In this document: positions 1 to 12,789 of the stretch, piece by piece | Layout: each line of letters starts with the position of its first letter | Numbering within the stretch: the stretch's first letter is position 1 | Source: Eledone cirrhosa | Lineage: Eukaryota | Assembly (NCBI GenBank): GCA_964016885.1 | Contig: OZ024743.1 | Span: forward strand, 156,426,001-156,490,000 | Length of the DNA stretch: 64,000 nt | Reading direction: 5' to 3' | Notes under the pieces: model-generated | The model's input: only the letters and a program-made list of their open reading frames with translations | Databases searched by the model: none | Told to the model about the DNA's origin: nothing | Made by a program: the position numbers and the translations under genes

Positions 1-1379
1 CAAATATTCCTTAAAAGAACGGAAATCATACTTATCAATTTCAAACAATGCAGATAATTACAACCATATTCTTTATGCTAAACATCAATCTGATGTTATA
101 TCCTTTATATACGATGTTCCTGACTCTTTGGAGATTTAAACATAATTTTCACGAGTAAGCAGTTTCCTTAACATTTCTGCTATCGCGTGCTAGATTAAAA
201 TTAGGATGCGCTAAAATGTATTTACCCAGTCACATTAGGTAAGTCAAAACAAACATATGTCTAGGCAGTATAATATATGATTACGATAGTCAGTATGCAC
301 ATAGTGGTTATGTATTTTCAAATTCTAGCAAATCATGTTTAAACCAAGTTTCGGAGAAAAGCAATTTTTCTCTAATATAATTCAACAACATTTGAAAACA
401 AATGACGTAAAAACAAAAGAATAATAATATTTTCAATGGGAGATGAAATATAAATTACAGTCAATACTACATTTTTCATTGTGGTTAATTCAATCTGAAT
501 TTTGAAGCAAACTTTAAAAGTGTTCCAAAAGCTCTGAACTAGAAAATATTTCTAATATAGAATTTAATTTTAAAGAAAATCTCATAAAGTAATTAATAGG
601 AAAACACTTTATTTTCTTTATATTTCATATGGTGATATTAAAATTAAAACCAATCTTTAAAATGCATTAGATCTCCAGAATAGAGAGAAAAATTCAATTA
701 GCTATTTACTTTTTTGCAACGGTAATGTAATGGACGAAACAAACAAGCGATCATTTTCTAAAACAATATATACCAGCAAAATACTGGTTTGCACCAGAAG
801 TGTAATACGAATATGTATTACACTTTTTAGGAAATGTCTGAATTTGCATAAAATGTTCTACTGCCAAAACCATGATAAATGACTCAACATTTAAGTATAT
901 TTGCACATAGACAAACATAAATAGGCACACAGACAATCATTTTGATAGACATTTAATACCTGCTTGGTCTATAAGAAATGGCAGGATTTTCGTTATTCAA
1001 ACTGGACCTACAAGATGGCAAATCTTACTTATATTTGTTCATTTGCTTGTTTTATCGGTCCGATATACTGGTAGCTCAAGGTGTCTGAAAATATAACTAT
1101 ATATGATCTGAATGTGAAGAATCAGAATCTTAGTCTCAGGGTATAAAGAACTACTTTTTGAAATATCTCCCAAACGCATTCAATATAAATTGTTGCCACA
1201 CATATTACATGAATTTATTTAGTAAATCTCAGATTGATATGTAGACGCATTCCGAAAATCGACTTCACACACAGACAGATGCATACAAACACAGGCAAGG
1301 ACAAACGCACAAACATATATATTTAGTTGCATAATGTGTGACTGTTATCACTAGAGAAAGAGTACTCAGTATATAATCA

Positions 1380-1760
1380 TCTTATTCTTCTTCACCCACT
1401 TTTTCCTGGGAGGACCGTAGGGGCAACGTACTGAAACACTCCTTCCAGTGGGTGCTGTCGAAAACAAACTGATACGGCTGGATCCCCAAGCGAGACCAAC
1501 CAGACACCTGGATGGTATCCAACCACATTGCTTGAGGTCTACATCTGGGTTTCCATCAGTTGGTTTTGGCACGTAAAATCTGTCTAGTCATTCTTTCTTG
1601 AGATATTGTAGGCACATCCCCATAATATCGGAGCTGTGGTCTTTCAATTCGGAGAAGTAGAATCTCTACTTGGAGTGACACAAATCTCCGATCTATGCAC
1701 TCTATCGAGTAACGTTATTCCAGATACCCGTTGGACTAATACAATGTCGGCCAAATGTAA
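1380..1760 (-). mobile_element. Decayed 3' end of an RTE-clade (Rex3/Expander-like) LINE
   Basis: The minus strand translates to QERMTRQILRAK..PRCRPQAMWLDTI..GWSRLGIQP..HWKECF..LPLR, matching the RTE C-terminal pattern (RLPRQIL..GRPR..WLD..WSRLGI). It contains stops. Confidence 0.65.
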
Positions 1761-2122
1761 TAGACAGTTCAGCTTTTACACCTACCAACCTCTTAGAGGT
1801 ATATATTTTCTATTGTATAACTTAGATGGCAAGCTCTCGTAGAGCTTCCCGGGTACTCGGAATTTTCCCCCTGAAATTGATCTGTATTTGCTCGTCAAGG
1901 ATCACTGCCGGTGATATTTCCGTAAAGGACATCCCTCAGGATACGTGTAATAAATTCGTACAAACACTCAGAAATACACGCGACATTGGTGCAGTTGAGG
2001 AAAATATTCTGATAGTCTTTTTTTGTAATGGTTTCTTCTTCCTTACTTTAAAAAAATAACATTTCAATCATGAACTAACCATTTTAATATTCAGTCACGT
2101 TGACGTGTTGCATTCACGATGA

Positions 2123-2497
2123 TAATGCTAGCGTGGTAGATAGATGTTAAACGATGATAAGGATGTTTGGAATATAACTTAACAAAGGTTCTTACATAAA
2201 ATTATGGTGGTAGTGTTTTTAAATAAATATGAACACTTTAACAAAACTGGTAGGTTAGAAACAGGAGTGGTTTCAGGTGGTTTGGTAACAAGCTCTTGTG
2301 ACATGTCACAAGACATGTCACAAGAGCTTGTTACCAAACCACCTGAAACCACTCCTGTTTCTAACCTACCAGTTTTGTTAAAGTGTTCATATTTATTTAA
2401 AAACACTACCACCATAATTTTATGTAAGAACCTTTGTTAAGTTATATTCCAAACATCATTATCATCGTTTAACATCTATCTTCCACGTTTAGCATTA
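2123..2497. repeat. Long palindrome (fold-back) with ~185-bp arms, centred near 2310
   Basis: Mirror ORFs 2179-2415(-) and 2204-2440(+) give nearly identical peptides. The inner arms are exact reverse complements; mismatches occur only in the outer ~40 bp. Confidence 0.95.
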
Positions 2498-2764
2498 GAA
2501 TTTTGATATTTTGATTTTATTCAACATTCAATGTTATTTATCACGTGCATGTTTAGCTTGCGCTTTGCGGTGAGCACTCGTTGTTTGGTCCATAATGTGG
2601 GCGCCGTTGTGAAGTGTAGGAAAACCACAAAATATTTACTCTTACTACAGAAACAAACACACACACACACACAAATACACACATACATACACACTCACAC
2701 ACACACACACACAAACATACACGCCGCACACACACAGATGTATATATATATATACATTTATATA

Positions 2765-3990
2765 CGAAGGGGCTCCAAAGAGTTCATGGAAAAATGACAG
2801 TTGGAAAAATATGGTTTAAGTTATGATGTTTATTTTTCAACATATGATTCATAAAGGTTAATACAGTTCTGCAAGTGATGATACTGACCTTTAAGTCCAT
2901 CTGTGTAATACTGGAGGCTATGTGATTTAAACCATGTCAAAGCAGCTTTTGATAGAAAATTGATGGAAAATGGGTACTTTTCAATGATTTTCTCCGGTTT
3001 GGAAACAAAATAAAGTCGGATGGGGCTAAATCAGGACTGTAATTTGGGTGTCAGATGCTTTTCTATCGAAATCCGCGTAATATAGCTCGTATCTGCCGTT
3101 CGCTGTGAGCAGTCGCGGTGTGGCAGTGAAAGAAGACGCACCGATGCAAATTGTCCCGGCGTTTTTCTGTGATTTTCTTGGCCAGTTTTCTCAAAACAAC
3201 TTCATAATATCCAGCTGTAATTGTTCTCTTGTTCTCGAGTAATTCAACCAGACAAATCCCCTATGAATCTCAGAGGATGGCGGCCTTGACCTTCACTCAT
3301 GAACCCCCAGATTTTGCCCAATTTCACCTCTGGATAGCCACCGCTTCGATTGAGTTTTGTCTTGATATGGTAATGGTAGAGCCACCTTTCATCATCGGTA
3401 ACAATTCTCTGCAGAAAGGCTGCAGGATCTTCATCACACATGTTAACATTTTCCATCGAAAGATCTGTCCATCTTTGCTGCTTATTTTGGTACAAGAGCT
3501 GTGGGAACCAGCAAACAGAAAGCTTGTAAAGCCCTAAACTCTCCTCCAGAATTGCGCGCGCAAAAACCACGGATATGCTGAATGCATCCGGTATTGATTC
3601 ATTGATTAGTCGTCTATCCTTTTCAATTAGGTCGGAAACAACATCCACATTTTCCACACAGACTGACGTGAATGGCAAGACTGCAAGGAACAATTTCCAA
3701 CTCATCTTCCAGTTCTAAAACGACTTACTCGTTTATAGATTGTTGATTTCTAGGGCTTCACCATGAATTTGATGTTTGTGCTGACCTCAATTTTAATGGA
3801 AACCACGTTGCTTGCTCGATTGGGTGCTGAGCTCCGACTGGCGACGCCGCTTTGCAACATGCATTTAAGGGTTCATTTTAGAAAATGTTATGACACGTTA
3901 GAACGAGAACGTACAGGTGTATTGAGAACGCAATCGCTGCACATAAGTTTTAGCTATGTACTTTTTCCACGAACGTTTTGAATCCCATCG
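2765..3990 (-). mobile_element. Full-length but decayed mariner (Tc1/mariner) transposon
   Basis: Imperfect TIRs (cgaaggggctccaaagagttcatggaaaaa versus the reverse complement of tttttccacgaacgttttgaatcccatcg), flanked by TA. The minus strand carries the motifs IVTDDERWLYHY and YSPDLAPSDF (3012-3041). Length is ~1.23 kb. Confidence 0.9.
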
Positions 3991-4366
3991 TATATGTACA
4001 TACATACGTACATAATAAATATTTTAAACTTTATTTCTTTTAATTGTTAAACTTTAAAAAAAACTTTTGATATTTATCATCCTTAGTATGTTCTATATGG
4101 TTATTGTTGCTCTGCGAACTTACCGTCGTGAATTTGCCCTAAAAGATGTTCGTTTCATACGTGTTATGATTAAGCTGTTTTTCAAACAACATGATCGGAA
4201 TAATTGAAAAGACTTCTATGGTCTTAAAAATTGTATCGATCTAAATTCCCATTATATATATATGTATATACATGCACACACACACACACTCACACACATA
4301 CATACACACACGCGCGCACACACACACACATACACACACACACACATACATACACACACACACACG

Positions 4367-4417
<51 letters not shown>

Positions 4418-4439
4418 CGAATCTCAAATTAAACTAAAT

Positions 4440-5030
4440 AGAAATAAACCCCAGCACTAACAATACTAATACTGATAATAGCATTAGCAATAATAATAAC
4501 ACACACCTTAATAATAGAGCTATATTATCAAATAATAACATGAGAGAATGTAATTGTAAGAACAGTCTTTCTTGCTCGTTAAATAATAAAACCCTCGACC
4601 GCAATCTAGTGTATAAATGCACTGCTAAAACTAATGATAAATTATATAATTACATAGGTGCTACTTCATCTAAATTTAAGGAACGTTGGTCTAACCAATA
4701 TAAACATACTTTTAAACGAATGGATAAGGAATTCTCAACTTCCCTATCGCAACTAATATGGTCTCTAAAAAACAAAAACATAAATCATTCACTATCTTGG
4801 GAGAAGATCGAAAACACTTCGGCATATAACAATCCATCTATCATTAAAATGTGTAATCTTTGTGATGCAAATATTCTTCATATTATAACAAACACAGGAT
4901 CTATTATTAATAAGCGAAATGAAATATTTAGTTGTTGCTTACAATCATTTCATAAAAAGTATGGCTACATTTTTATCTACTGTACTATATATATGATTCA
5001 CTTATTTACCATATATATGTTCCGTTAGAT
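4440..5030 (+). mobile_element. 5'-truncated Penelope-like element fragment (GIY-YIG endonuclease, Naiad-like)
   Basis: ORF 4540-5028 reads CNC..C, LVYKC..NYIGAT..FKERW, STSLS..IW.LK, CNLC, INKRNEIFSCC. It aligns with the endonuclease of the 9-11 kb element. Confidence 0.85.
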
Positions 5031-5192
5031 ATATAAGCATATAGATATGTTATCAACATAATAAGTGCATTTAACTATATTCCTTAACATAATATATTAT
5101 TTATATCACGATAAGGAATACATTTCTTAAAAGAATATAATTTCATTATAATTTATAGGAGTTCTTTACCTTTTGTTGATGTTTATTTGCTA

Positions 5193-6172
5193 CTAGCCGA
5201 ATTATCCGCGCCTTGCTGGGTTTCACACAGTTTTTTGTAAGAAAAAGACGATTAATTTTAAATCAGTGATATAATTTATGGAGCAAAACTCTGTATTTCA
5301 ATATTACTCAATGTAAAATGTAATGCATGAACAATTGGAAAACATTTTTGTCATATATCAAATAAAAATTACATTATTAAATCTTATTCTTATTTTGTTT
5401 CTTGTAAATCATTTTTTTCAAAATATCAATTCAAAACTTGATCATTTCATTTTTGTGTAAAGCATTATTTTCAAATTACAAATTCAAAGTTTAATTAATT
5501 ATTTTTTAACATAATAAATACATGAAAATATATTTCATACTTTGTCCAGATTAGATAACATGTAGAGATTGTTTGCCTTTCCAGTCCTTGAAACAACCAC
5601 ATAAAACATGCCTTGACTGAAACATAGGTCTGTCAGGTCAAAAACCAATAGTTTTGAAAGTTTGAGCTTGACTCTTATTGATGATCATGGCAAAGCATGG
5701 CCTCCCTGGGAACTGGAACATCTTAAATGTAAAAGGCAACTCTCTATCACTTGGTATAAGTGGAATCCTCGGAATGAGAAGAGCTTGTCCTTTGTAAGCC
5801 CCGAATATAATAGTTGCTTCAATCAAGTTCTCATACAATCTTCTTCCATTTATTGGCCAAAGTTTTCAATATAGGAAGTTTAACCCATATTAGGGAGTCT
5901 TAATATTATTGAAGTTTGCTGAAATTTTGTGAATGGGCATCATATCCTGACATTTACCTATGGTTTAAATTTAATATGAATCGAAGGGAAAACATTATCA
6001 GCGGGGTCTTGTGCCCCGGGGAACCCTTTGATTAAAATGAAATATACTTATACAAGTACCCTGGGCAATGTAGTTTCAGAATATACATGGTTATGGGGGT
6101 CTATATCTAAAACCATAGGAGGAGTTGGTGAACAAACAAAAATAAAAAAAGACAGCAACTACAACTTTATAT
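5193..6172 (-). mobile_element. Non-autonomous Helitron/Helentron remnant with a PIF1-type helicase C-terminal fragment
   Basis: ORF 5638-5838 (IPRIPLIPSD..PF.FK.FQFP...FAM.INKSQ.QT) continues as VFSQGMFYVVVSRTG. A terminal CTAG at 5193-5196 follows a short GC-rich subterminal segment. Confidence 0.8.
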
Positions 6173-6174
6173 AC

Positions 6175-6222
6175 AAATAAAGGAATATTTGTAATCTATA
6201 GATTACAAATATTCCTTTATTT
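6175..6222. repeat. Perfect 48-bp spacerless palindrome
   Basis: aaataaaggaatatttgtaatcta|tagattacaaatattcctttattt. Confidence 0.95.
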
Positions 6223-6304
6223 CTTCGTAACATTAGATTATATGTTATATATATCGATATATATGCATCCAATTAACGGTATATACATGTGTTTCTATAT
6301 GTAC

Positions 6305-6384
<80 letters not shown>

Positions 6385-6386
<2 letters not shown>

Positions 6387-6828
6387 GTGTATAGTGGTGT
6401 CTATGGTGCTTCCATAGGCGGTATGCCAAAATTAGCACTCGATGTATGTATGTGGGTAGGTGTGTGGGTGTGTGTGTTTGAGCAGACGCGTGAAGTACTG
6501 AACCAAGCATGACTCCATTGAAATCTGTCGGACGGAAAATGATTGATAAAGCGTGTGGCAGCAGATACTGACCAGAACTTGTGAAGACGTGGAGTAAAAA
6601 CAGCCAATGGCATGTCAAGAGTGGAAATAGGGTTTTGGGGGGGTGTTTGTTGACGATAACACCCCGGTGATAAAATTTGCTCCGGACGTAACACCCGTGT
6701 CTGAAAGAACCCGCAGATGTAGAATCAGCCAGATCCATACAAGGACCATTACTCTAGCTACATGCCGGCGAAACATTTGTAACACGAAATAAACTAAGTC
6801 CATATGTATCACTGATTTTTCGTTTTCT

Positions 6829-6835
<7 letters not shown>
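6385..6835 (+). mobile_element. Solo pLTR-like non-coding element inserted in (TA)n
   Basis: ~450 bp bounded by (TA)n on both sides. It ends with an HHR-like motif followed by AATAAA, as PLE 3' ends do. Confidence 0.55.
6696..6786 (+). ncRNA. Variant type I hammerhead ribozyme with a long stem II
   Basis: cgtgt-CTGAAAGA-(~60 nt including atgtag/ctacat pairing)-GAAA-catttg-TA-acacg. Stem I (cgtgt/acacg) is perfect and the cleavage triplet is GUA. The core has one extra nucleotide. Confidence 0.5.
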
Positions 6836-6868
<33 letters not shown>

Positions 6869-6984
6869 TATACCCTTAATAACAATATATTACCCTCTAA
6901 CGATCTTTTTTATGAACAATCTAACTATTTTTCCTAACATTGGCTATAAGATATATAACCGTATATACGTGTATGTTTGTATGT

Positions 6985-7200
6985 ATAAATGGAATAGAAT
7001 GAAACGAAATTTAATTTATCACTCCTCGTACGGCACTGTTTGTTTGTTTACAAAGAAACAAACCGAGCATTATAATAAATGTTCGGTAAACCGATACGTG
7101 TATATATATATGTGTGTGCATGTATGTATATATATACATACTACTGTACGTCTGTATACATATATGTATGTACGTATACATACATACATACTTACATTTG

Positions 7201-7210
<10 letters not shown>
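6985..7210. repeat. Internally inverted copy of the 42.2-kb repeat family
   Basis: It starts like 42221 (atgaaacgaaattt...cactc..gtacggc), then continues as the reverse complement of ~42715-42850 (accgagcattataataaatgttcggt). Confidence 0.75.
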
Positions 7211-7267
<57 letters not shown>

Positions 7268-7394
7268 AAAGTTATATTTAAATTGTTGGGTTACAACTAG
7301 TAAATATTTATAACTGATATAAAAGCACTCGACAAGTATTTGGAGTATCTTTACAATATTAAATAAATGGAAACTATATTTATAAAACCATATT

Positions 7395-7460
7395 TATTTC
7401 ATTATATATATTTCAGAGATATCATATTAACAATATGCTATGCATTCCTCAGACAAAATA
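7395..7460 (-). ncRNA. Minimal type I hammerhead ribozyme in the 3' pLTR (stem II base mutated)
   Basis: tattttgt-CTGAGGA-atgcatagcatattgttaatatgatatctct-GAAA-tatata-TA-atgaaata. Confidence 0.7.
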
Positions 7461-8904
7461 CAATATAAACAGTTTTATAGATAAATAGATTCGACATACC
7501 GTAACAACATCGACTTGTATTTGAAAAAGTTGAATTGGCAGTGAAAAAAATTGTACACAGAGAGAAAGAAAGAGAGAAAAAAAAAGGAAAGAAAGACAGA
7601 AAACGAAGAAAAAGAAGAAAAAGAAGAAATGCATGGAACAAAATAGAGAGATGGAAAGATAGATAAAGAGAAGAACTTCATGTAAAGAAACAGAGAGATA
7701 TATATATATAGAGAGAGAGAGGAAATAGAGATAGATACATATATATAGAAAACTAGGTAGTGGGACGTCTGTTGAGTAAACGTATCAATGATACATTTAT
7801 TTATTTATTTATTTATTTAGCTCTAGTATTAATGTAAGGGAGATATATGGAGAGAAACCAGCTGTTATATATATAGAGAAAAAATATAGAGAGAGAAAAA
7901 AATATAGAGAGAGAAAAAAATATAGAGAGAGAAAAAAATATAAAAATAACCAGACATAGGCGAGGTGTAAAAAACCCTATGTTTTAATGTAGAGGTATTA
8001 TTATGTATAAAAACCAGCCACTATATTGTAAATACCAGTATTCCTGAATGAGACATGTGTCCATAATGTGTGAAAATTAATGATCTTATGTTTAGTTTTT
8101 TTTATAAAAAAATTCATATGTTTATGTGATAACTACAAACATCTATGTGAATTTACATGATCAACTCTGCAAACCCTAAGTTCACGGAAAACATTCTCAT
8201 TGTGGTATAAAAATTTAAGTATACATATATGTGTATATATATACACACAAATATATATAGAGTCAATATTACTATTCCTGTCTTTACTCTACAAGATTAT
8301 CTATCAAGCAGAAATAGAGAGCAGATTTCAATATACTAATAAAAATATATATCAGAAACAAAACTAAAAAATAACAATAATAATAATAAGTAATAATAAA
8401 ATAGAAAACTAAAAAATATTACGAAAGAATATTACATATTAAAAATATAAAAAATATTACATATTAAAAATATTAAAAATAAAAATATTAGAAAATACTA
8501 CAATAATAAAAATAAAAATAAACCACAAATATCAACCCTTCAAAATTAATTGACAATATATTGCCAAGTTCATTATAAGCATCAGAGTCGAAAAACAGAT
8601 AAAGCCAAAAATTATCTATCAAATCGCATCTAGCAAAGATCATTTCAAAAAGTTAAGGATGCCCATTTGGTCTACATGTGTTCTTATATTTAATATAGAA
8701 GTTTATCTAGTGTAACGTTTATTCGAAATATTTAGAGCATCAAGTTTTAGGGTAGCTTAATTTTTCATGAATAATGTTTAAATAAAAATAAAAATAAAAA
8801 TAAAAATAAAAATAAAAATAAAAATAAAAATAAAAAGAATAAAAAGAAGAAATCAAAGATTTATCGGCTAGTTTCCCATATAATTATAAATCAAACTAAA
8901 TATA

Positions 8905-11119
8905 CTACATTTTAAATTTAAATTTATATTTAAACGTTGAGTTTAATCTATGTTTGCAGCAACTGAATAAATTTGTCCGTAGATTAAGGGAATTTTTAGA
9001 TTTTAGTATAAAGAATATCTCCTCTGCGCAGAGGTCACATGTCTCAGAGGATGAATTAAAAGGAATCCCTCTTGAGACTATATTCCAAGCCATCGAATAT
9101 CTAACGTTATCTAGCTTAAGTTGCCAGAGTACGCCTGATAGTGCCGTTGAAGATTTTTTTGCTTGGATCTGTGAAAGAATTCTTGTGGTTATTATAGCGA
9201 AGTTTAAATTCCGTCGATGTGGAACCGACGTAGTTAAAAGAATTAGAGTCAGTATTAACATTACAATTGTATACTATATTTTTAACTAAGCAGTTGTTAT
9301 TTAACGGACATTTAGATCTATCTCTACAGTTACATTTGTTAACTTGTATATTATTTATGCTATTATCACTAGGTTTTAAGTTCCTATTATTTATTCTATT
9401 AATATTTTGTGCTAAATTTTTGGTGGATGAGTAGGTTAATTTTATTGTATGTCTATTGAAAATTGAGTGATACCTATGTGTTCTAGGGAAGCGATTATCA
9501 AGAGCTTTAAAAAATAGTTTAGCGATGTGGGTTTTAATGTTTAGTGAGAAAGGGGGGGCAAACCAAATTATGTTCCTAGTTCTATTTCTTGTTTGGCCTT
9601 TGGAATTATTGTAATGCTTTCTATTATAGTTGTTAAGGTTGTTGCCGTAATTAAAATAGTTGTTATTTTGTTTAGTTTGTCTATCATTATCTATGTACAC
9701 AATCTTATCAGCATATCCTGCTCTAGCTAATGCTTCATTGTAGTATTGGGCTTTTTCGTCGAAAATCTTTCTATTCGACGAGATCCTAGAGATACGTTTT
9801 TGAACAGAGTTTACTATAGTGTTTTTGACAGATCTGGGGTGGTTAGAGTTAAAGTTGACATAGTTTAAGTTTTCATTCAACTTGTGAAAAGGATAGTGAA
9901 GACATATGTTGAGATTTAATGTTATATCTAGGAAATTGACTATTCTATGGTTGTTCTCAATTTCTATTTTAAGATTAAAGTAATTAAAAAATTGTGTAAT
10001 TTGTTTACATTTTCTATTTAGTTCAGAGTTATTATTATCAATAAGTAAAAGCATGTCATCTCTATATAAACCTCCGGTAGTACCAGGTATTTTCCTATGT
10101 AGCGAATTGATTAACAATAAGCCCACAAGGTCAGTTACCTGAGCTGAGTCGGATGATCCCATAGTAATATCAAAATTGCTATCTCTATCTGCTCTGGTCC
10201 ATAGTTGGTCATTAAATTCTATCAAAGTTTTCCTAGCCGATAATATAATATGCATTTCATTGCTATTTAGGTCAGTATCTTTGAATGCGTAATTTAGTGC
10301 CTTATTTAGTAGATTAGGGGTAATAGAAGAATAATAGTTAGCTATATCAAGTTGAATAAACTTATTATTATTGTTATATTTAATTTGCTTAAACCACTCA
10401 ACAACCTCTCCAGTTCCCTTCCACAAGCTCAGGTTAGATAAACAATCCAAGTTCTTAATTTGCTGTATCACCCTGTCAAGAATGTTTTTGCTTAATTTGC
10501 CCAGGTCCGATTTTGATGGTGCGATCAATCTAACTGGCAAGTCATTTTCAAAATTCCTCTTGTGATCTTTCATATTGATCTTCGGTTTCCTGGGCACGAA
10601 AGGTTGTGTTCTGTTCTCAATTTCCAACTCGTGCATTATACAAGATGCTTCGACATTCATTTTCTCAAGCTCGGCCTTATCTGCTACCTTGTACTTTTTC
10701 CTCAGCTCTTTCAGTATGAGGCCATTATACATGTCTTTCTGCACTCCATAGAGGTTGTTGGTCTTGTCAGATTTCACCAAGATCTTCTCAGTTTTCTCTA
10801 AGCTCTCAATGTTATCCTTAATGCCTTTCAGATATTCCTGGCCTTTGAAGTTTCTCTTGAATTTGACCCCTTGTATGATAGAAATTATATCGTTTTCAAA
10901 GTCAGATAAAAGTTTGTTAGGGGGTGGATTTCTTTTAGATTTAAAAACTTTGTTTAAGTCCGAGACATTTTCATTTATATTAGATTTATCAAAGTGGAAT
11001 GCTCGCCACCTGATTCTCCTCATAAAAGAGTCAGATTTATCTATTAATTGTTTTATAAAGTCTTTGTTTCTAGGTAGAGGTATGTCTTTTAAAGAGGAAG
11101 TAATCTTAAAGAATTCCAT
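8905..11119 (-). CDS. PLE polyprotein: reverse transcriptase plus C-terminal GIY-YIG endonuclease, with one frameshift near 9154-9160
   Basis: The 667-aa ORF has KSDKT, PVRLI.P, QLDI..YYSSI, ITMGS, LYRDDML, NFLDITL, SNHP, CNC..CPL..C and IVY..YVGST..FK.RY..H. The C-terminus (SSTALS..LW.LK..CDLC.EE..LN.R..CCKH) continues in ORF 8905-9261. Confidence 0.9.
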
Positions 11120-11297
11120 TTTTCCAGTTATAATATAAACCGCTCAACGGTATTGGAGCAAGATACATGGAAAGTTATATTTAAATTGTTGGGTTACAAC
11201 TAGTAAATATTTATAACTGATTTAAAAGCACTCGACAAGTATTTGGAGTATATTTACAATATTAAATAAATGGAAACTATATTTATAAAACCATATT

Positions 11298-11363
11298 TAT
11301 TTCATTATATATATTTCAGGGATATCATATTAACAATATGCTAGGCCTTCCTCAGACAAAATA
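11298..11363 (-). ncRNA. Minimal type I hammerhead ribozyme in the 5' pLTR
   Basis: tattttgt-CTGAGGA-aggcctagcatattgttaatatgatatccct-GAAA-tatata-TA-atgaaata. Stem III is palindromic and the triplet is AUA. Confidence 0.8.
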
Positions 11364-12789
11364 CAATATAAACAGTTTTATAGATAAATAGATTCGACAT
11401 ACCGTAACAACATCGACTTGTATTTGAAAAAGTTGAATTGGCAGTGAAAAAAATTGTACACAGAGAGAAAGAAAGAGAGAAAAAAAGGAAAGAAAGACAG
11501 AAAACGAAGAAAAAGAAGAAAAAGAAGAAATGCATGGAACAAAATAGAGAGATGGAAAGATAGATAAAGAGAAGAACTTCATGTAAAGAAACAGAGAGAG
11601 ATATATATATATATAGAGAAAGAGGAAATAGAGATAGATATATATATATAGAAAACTAGGTAGTGGGACGTCTGTTGAGTAAACGTATCAATGATACATT
11701 TATTTATTTATTTATTTATTTAGCTCTAGTATTAATGTAAGGGAGATATATGGAGAGAAACCAGCTGTTATATAGAGAGAGAAAAAATATAGAGAGAGAA
11801 AAAAATATAGAGAGAGAAAAAAATATAGAGAGAGAAAAAAATTTAAAAATAACCAGACATAGGCGAGGTGTAAAAAACCCTATGTTTTAATGTAGAGGTA
11901 TTATTATGTATAAAAACCAGCCACTATATTGTAAATATCAGTATTCCTGAATGAGACATGTGTCCATAATGTGTGAAAATTAATGATCTTATGTTTAGTT
12001 TTTTTTATAAAAAAATTCATATGTTTATGTGATAACTACAAACATCTATGTGAATTTACATGATCAACTCTGCAAACCCTAAATTCACGGAAAACATTCT
12101 CATTGTGGTATAAAAATTTAAGTATACATATATGTGTATATATATACACACAAATATATATAGAGTCAATATTACTATTCCTGTCTTTACTCTACAAGAT
12201 TATCTATCAAGCAGAAATAGAGAGCAGATTTCAATATACTAATAAAAATATATATCAGAAACAAAACTAAAAAATAACAATAATAATAATAAGTAATAAT
12301 AAAATAGAAAACTAAAAAATATTACGAAAGAATATTACATATTAAAAATATAAAAAATATTACATATTAAAAATATTAAAAATAAAAATATTAGAAAATA
12401 CTACAATAATAAAAATAAAAATAAACCACAAAGATCAACCCTTCAAAATTAATTGACAATATATTGCCAAGTTCATTATAAGCATCAGAGTCGAAAAACA
12501 GATAAAGCCAAAAATGATCTATCAAATCGCATCTAGCAAAGATCATTTCAAAAAGTTAAGGATGCCCATTTGGTCTACATGTGTTCTTATATTTAATATA
12601 GAAGTTTATCTAGTGTAACGTTTATTCGAAATATTTAGAGCATCAAGTTTTAGGGTAGCTTAATTTTTCATGAAGAATGTTTAAATAAAAATAAAAATAA
12701 AAATAAAAATAAAAATAAAAAGAATAAAAAGAAGAAATCAAAGATTTATCGGCTAGTTTCCCATATAATTATAAATCAAACTAAATATA

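Noticed and set aside
2179-2440. Two identical 78-aa ORFs on opposite strands
   Set aside because: A by-product of the palindrome, with no coding signature.
8905-11119. Selenocysteine recoding, as reported for some Naiad elements
   Set aside because: The ORF has no in-frame TGA and the conserved cysteines are ordinary Cys codons.
10371-11138. Antisense ORFs over the PLE RT (likewise over the R4 element)
   Set aside because: These are shadow ORFs of the coding strand.
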